The position numbers were made by a program, and so were the translations under genes. The notes below the pieces were generated by a model. It saw only the letters and a program-made list of their open reading frames with translations. It was not told the origin of the DNA and searched no databases. Below, piece by piece: positions 63,403-64,000 of a stretch of 64,000 bases of DNA. Each line of letters begins with the position of its first letter. The first letter of the stretch is position 1. This DNA is from Candidatus Omnitrophota bacterium. GTDB lineage: Bacteria; Omnitrophota; Gorgyraeia; Gygaellales; Profunditerraquicolaceae. The stretch spans positions 20,950 to 84,949 of the forward strand of contig JAQTQJ010000005.1 in assembly GCA_028712255.1 (NCBI GenBank), in the 5' to 3' direction.

Positions 63403-63432
63403 GTTACCAGAAATGATTCTTTTTTACTTGTA
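63403..63432 (+). promoter_or_regulatory. Promoter-like motif GTTACC-N16-TACTTGTA, upstream of glnN.
   Basis: See 58589-58618. Followed by hairpin agaggc...gcctct + T-rich at 63443-63485. Confidence 0.5.
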
Positions 63433-63537
63433 ATTAGAGAACAGAGGCGTTCTGGTGTATTAGAGAATGCCTCTTTTAATTTTTGCTGATTGTGGTAAGA
63501 TAAATCCAATATTCTTTTAATGTGCAAGGGGGGGAAA

Positions 63538-64000
63538 ATGAGCATAAGACAGAAGGTTTTATTTAAAATTAAGAGCACTGACTTGGAAAAAATTGATTCT
63601 CCGAAAAAGGTTTCTTCTTATTTTGGAGAAAATACTTTTAACACCGAAACTATGCAGAAGCATATCTCTAAGCCTACCTTTGAAGCTTTTAAGCTTTGGA
63701 TGTCTGAGGGCAAGACCATTACCATGGAACAGGCGAATGAGATTGCCGGTGCCATGAAAGACTGGGCGATGGCCAAAGGCGCCACATATTATACGCATTG
63801 GTTTCAGCCGATGACCGGCCTGACTGCAGAGAAGCACGATAGTTTCATCTCTATTACTGCTCCGGGAAAAGTAATTGAAAAATTTTCAGGCAATAAATTA
63901 ATCCAGGGTGAGCCGGATGCCTCAAGTTTTCCCTCAGGAGGAATTCGCGCGACTTTTGAAGCCAGAGGTTATACTGCCTGGGATCCTTCAAGCCCGGCAT
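63538..64000 (+). CDS. glnN: Glutamine synthetase type III, N-terminal fragment. Runs off the 3' window edge.
   Basis: Hand-translated as MSIRQK...[18 protein letters not shown]...[31 protein letters not shown], matching GSIII N-terminal motifs. Confidence 0.8.
   Translation, partial: MSIRQKVLFKIKSTDLEKIDSPKKVSSYFGENTFNTETMQKHISKPTFEAFKLWMSEGKTITMEQANEIAGAMKDWAMAKGATYYTHWFQPMTGLTAEKHDSFISITAPGKVIEKFSGNKLIQGEPDASSFPSGGIRATFEARGYTAWDPSSPA

Noticed and set aside
1-64000. Search for tRNA, rRNA or CRISPR arrays.
   Set aside because: I saw no cloverleaf-compatible conserved tRNA boxes (GTTCGAATC-type T-arm with matching acceptor stem), no rRNA-like conserved blocks, and no regularly spaced direct repeats with unique spacers. 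The repeats present are palindromic and dispersed, or intragenic tandem coding repeats.

Overview
All recognisable genes in this 64 kb window lie on the + strand. The base composition is about 40% GC, and the gene content and giant-gene architecture suggest an uncultivated lineage such as Omnitrophota, but this is inference, not proven. One giant ORF occupies the first 21.8 kb. It encodes at least 7,245 aa, is open to the 5' window edge, and carries many transmembrane helices, a SAM-methyltransferase motif, an HEXXH motif, a CheD-like Cys/His motif, two TPR blocks, about 1,100 aa of HEAT/PBS-lyase-like repeats with roughly 483-bp tandem super-repeats, and a Gln/Pro/Tyr-rich tail. Downstream genes, in order: a REP-associated tyrosine transposase (RAYT, HUH family), a TolB-like beta-propeller protein, PilZ proteins (one single, one tandem), a glycan-utilisation locus (sugar ABC transporter, two paralogous clan GH-A TIM-barrel hydrolases, a protein with two CBM-like repeats, ROK and LacI regulators), class II B12-dependent ribonucleotide reductase (nrdJ), mnmG, a short QueG-like Fe-S protein, a Pho regulon (phoB, phoR, an outer-membrane protein, pstSCA, two pstB copies, phoU), nadE, an AsnC regulator, an aminotransferase, a GAF-ANTAR regulator, DedA, an ECF-like sigma factor, and a nitrogen module (an OM protein, amt-glnB twice, and the start of a type III glutamine synthetase glnN). 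The intergenic DNA is unusually structured. At least three palindromic repeat families occur: GGGGACGGTTC hairpins that also flank the RAYT gene, composite palindromes of about 80 bp built on GTCATTGCGAG...CTCGCAATGAC, and elements of about 67 bp built on GTAAGCGG...AAGCTTACAG. A conserved dual-hairpin 3' element is present. A promoter-like motif GTTACC-N16-TACTTGTA followed by a leader terminator sits upstream of each nitrogen unit, which may mean ANTAR-mediated antitermination. A 483-bp stretch covering the amt 3' end plus glnB is present in two exactly identical copies. No rRNA, tRNA or CRISPR array was recognised.
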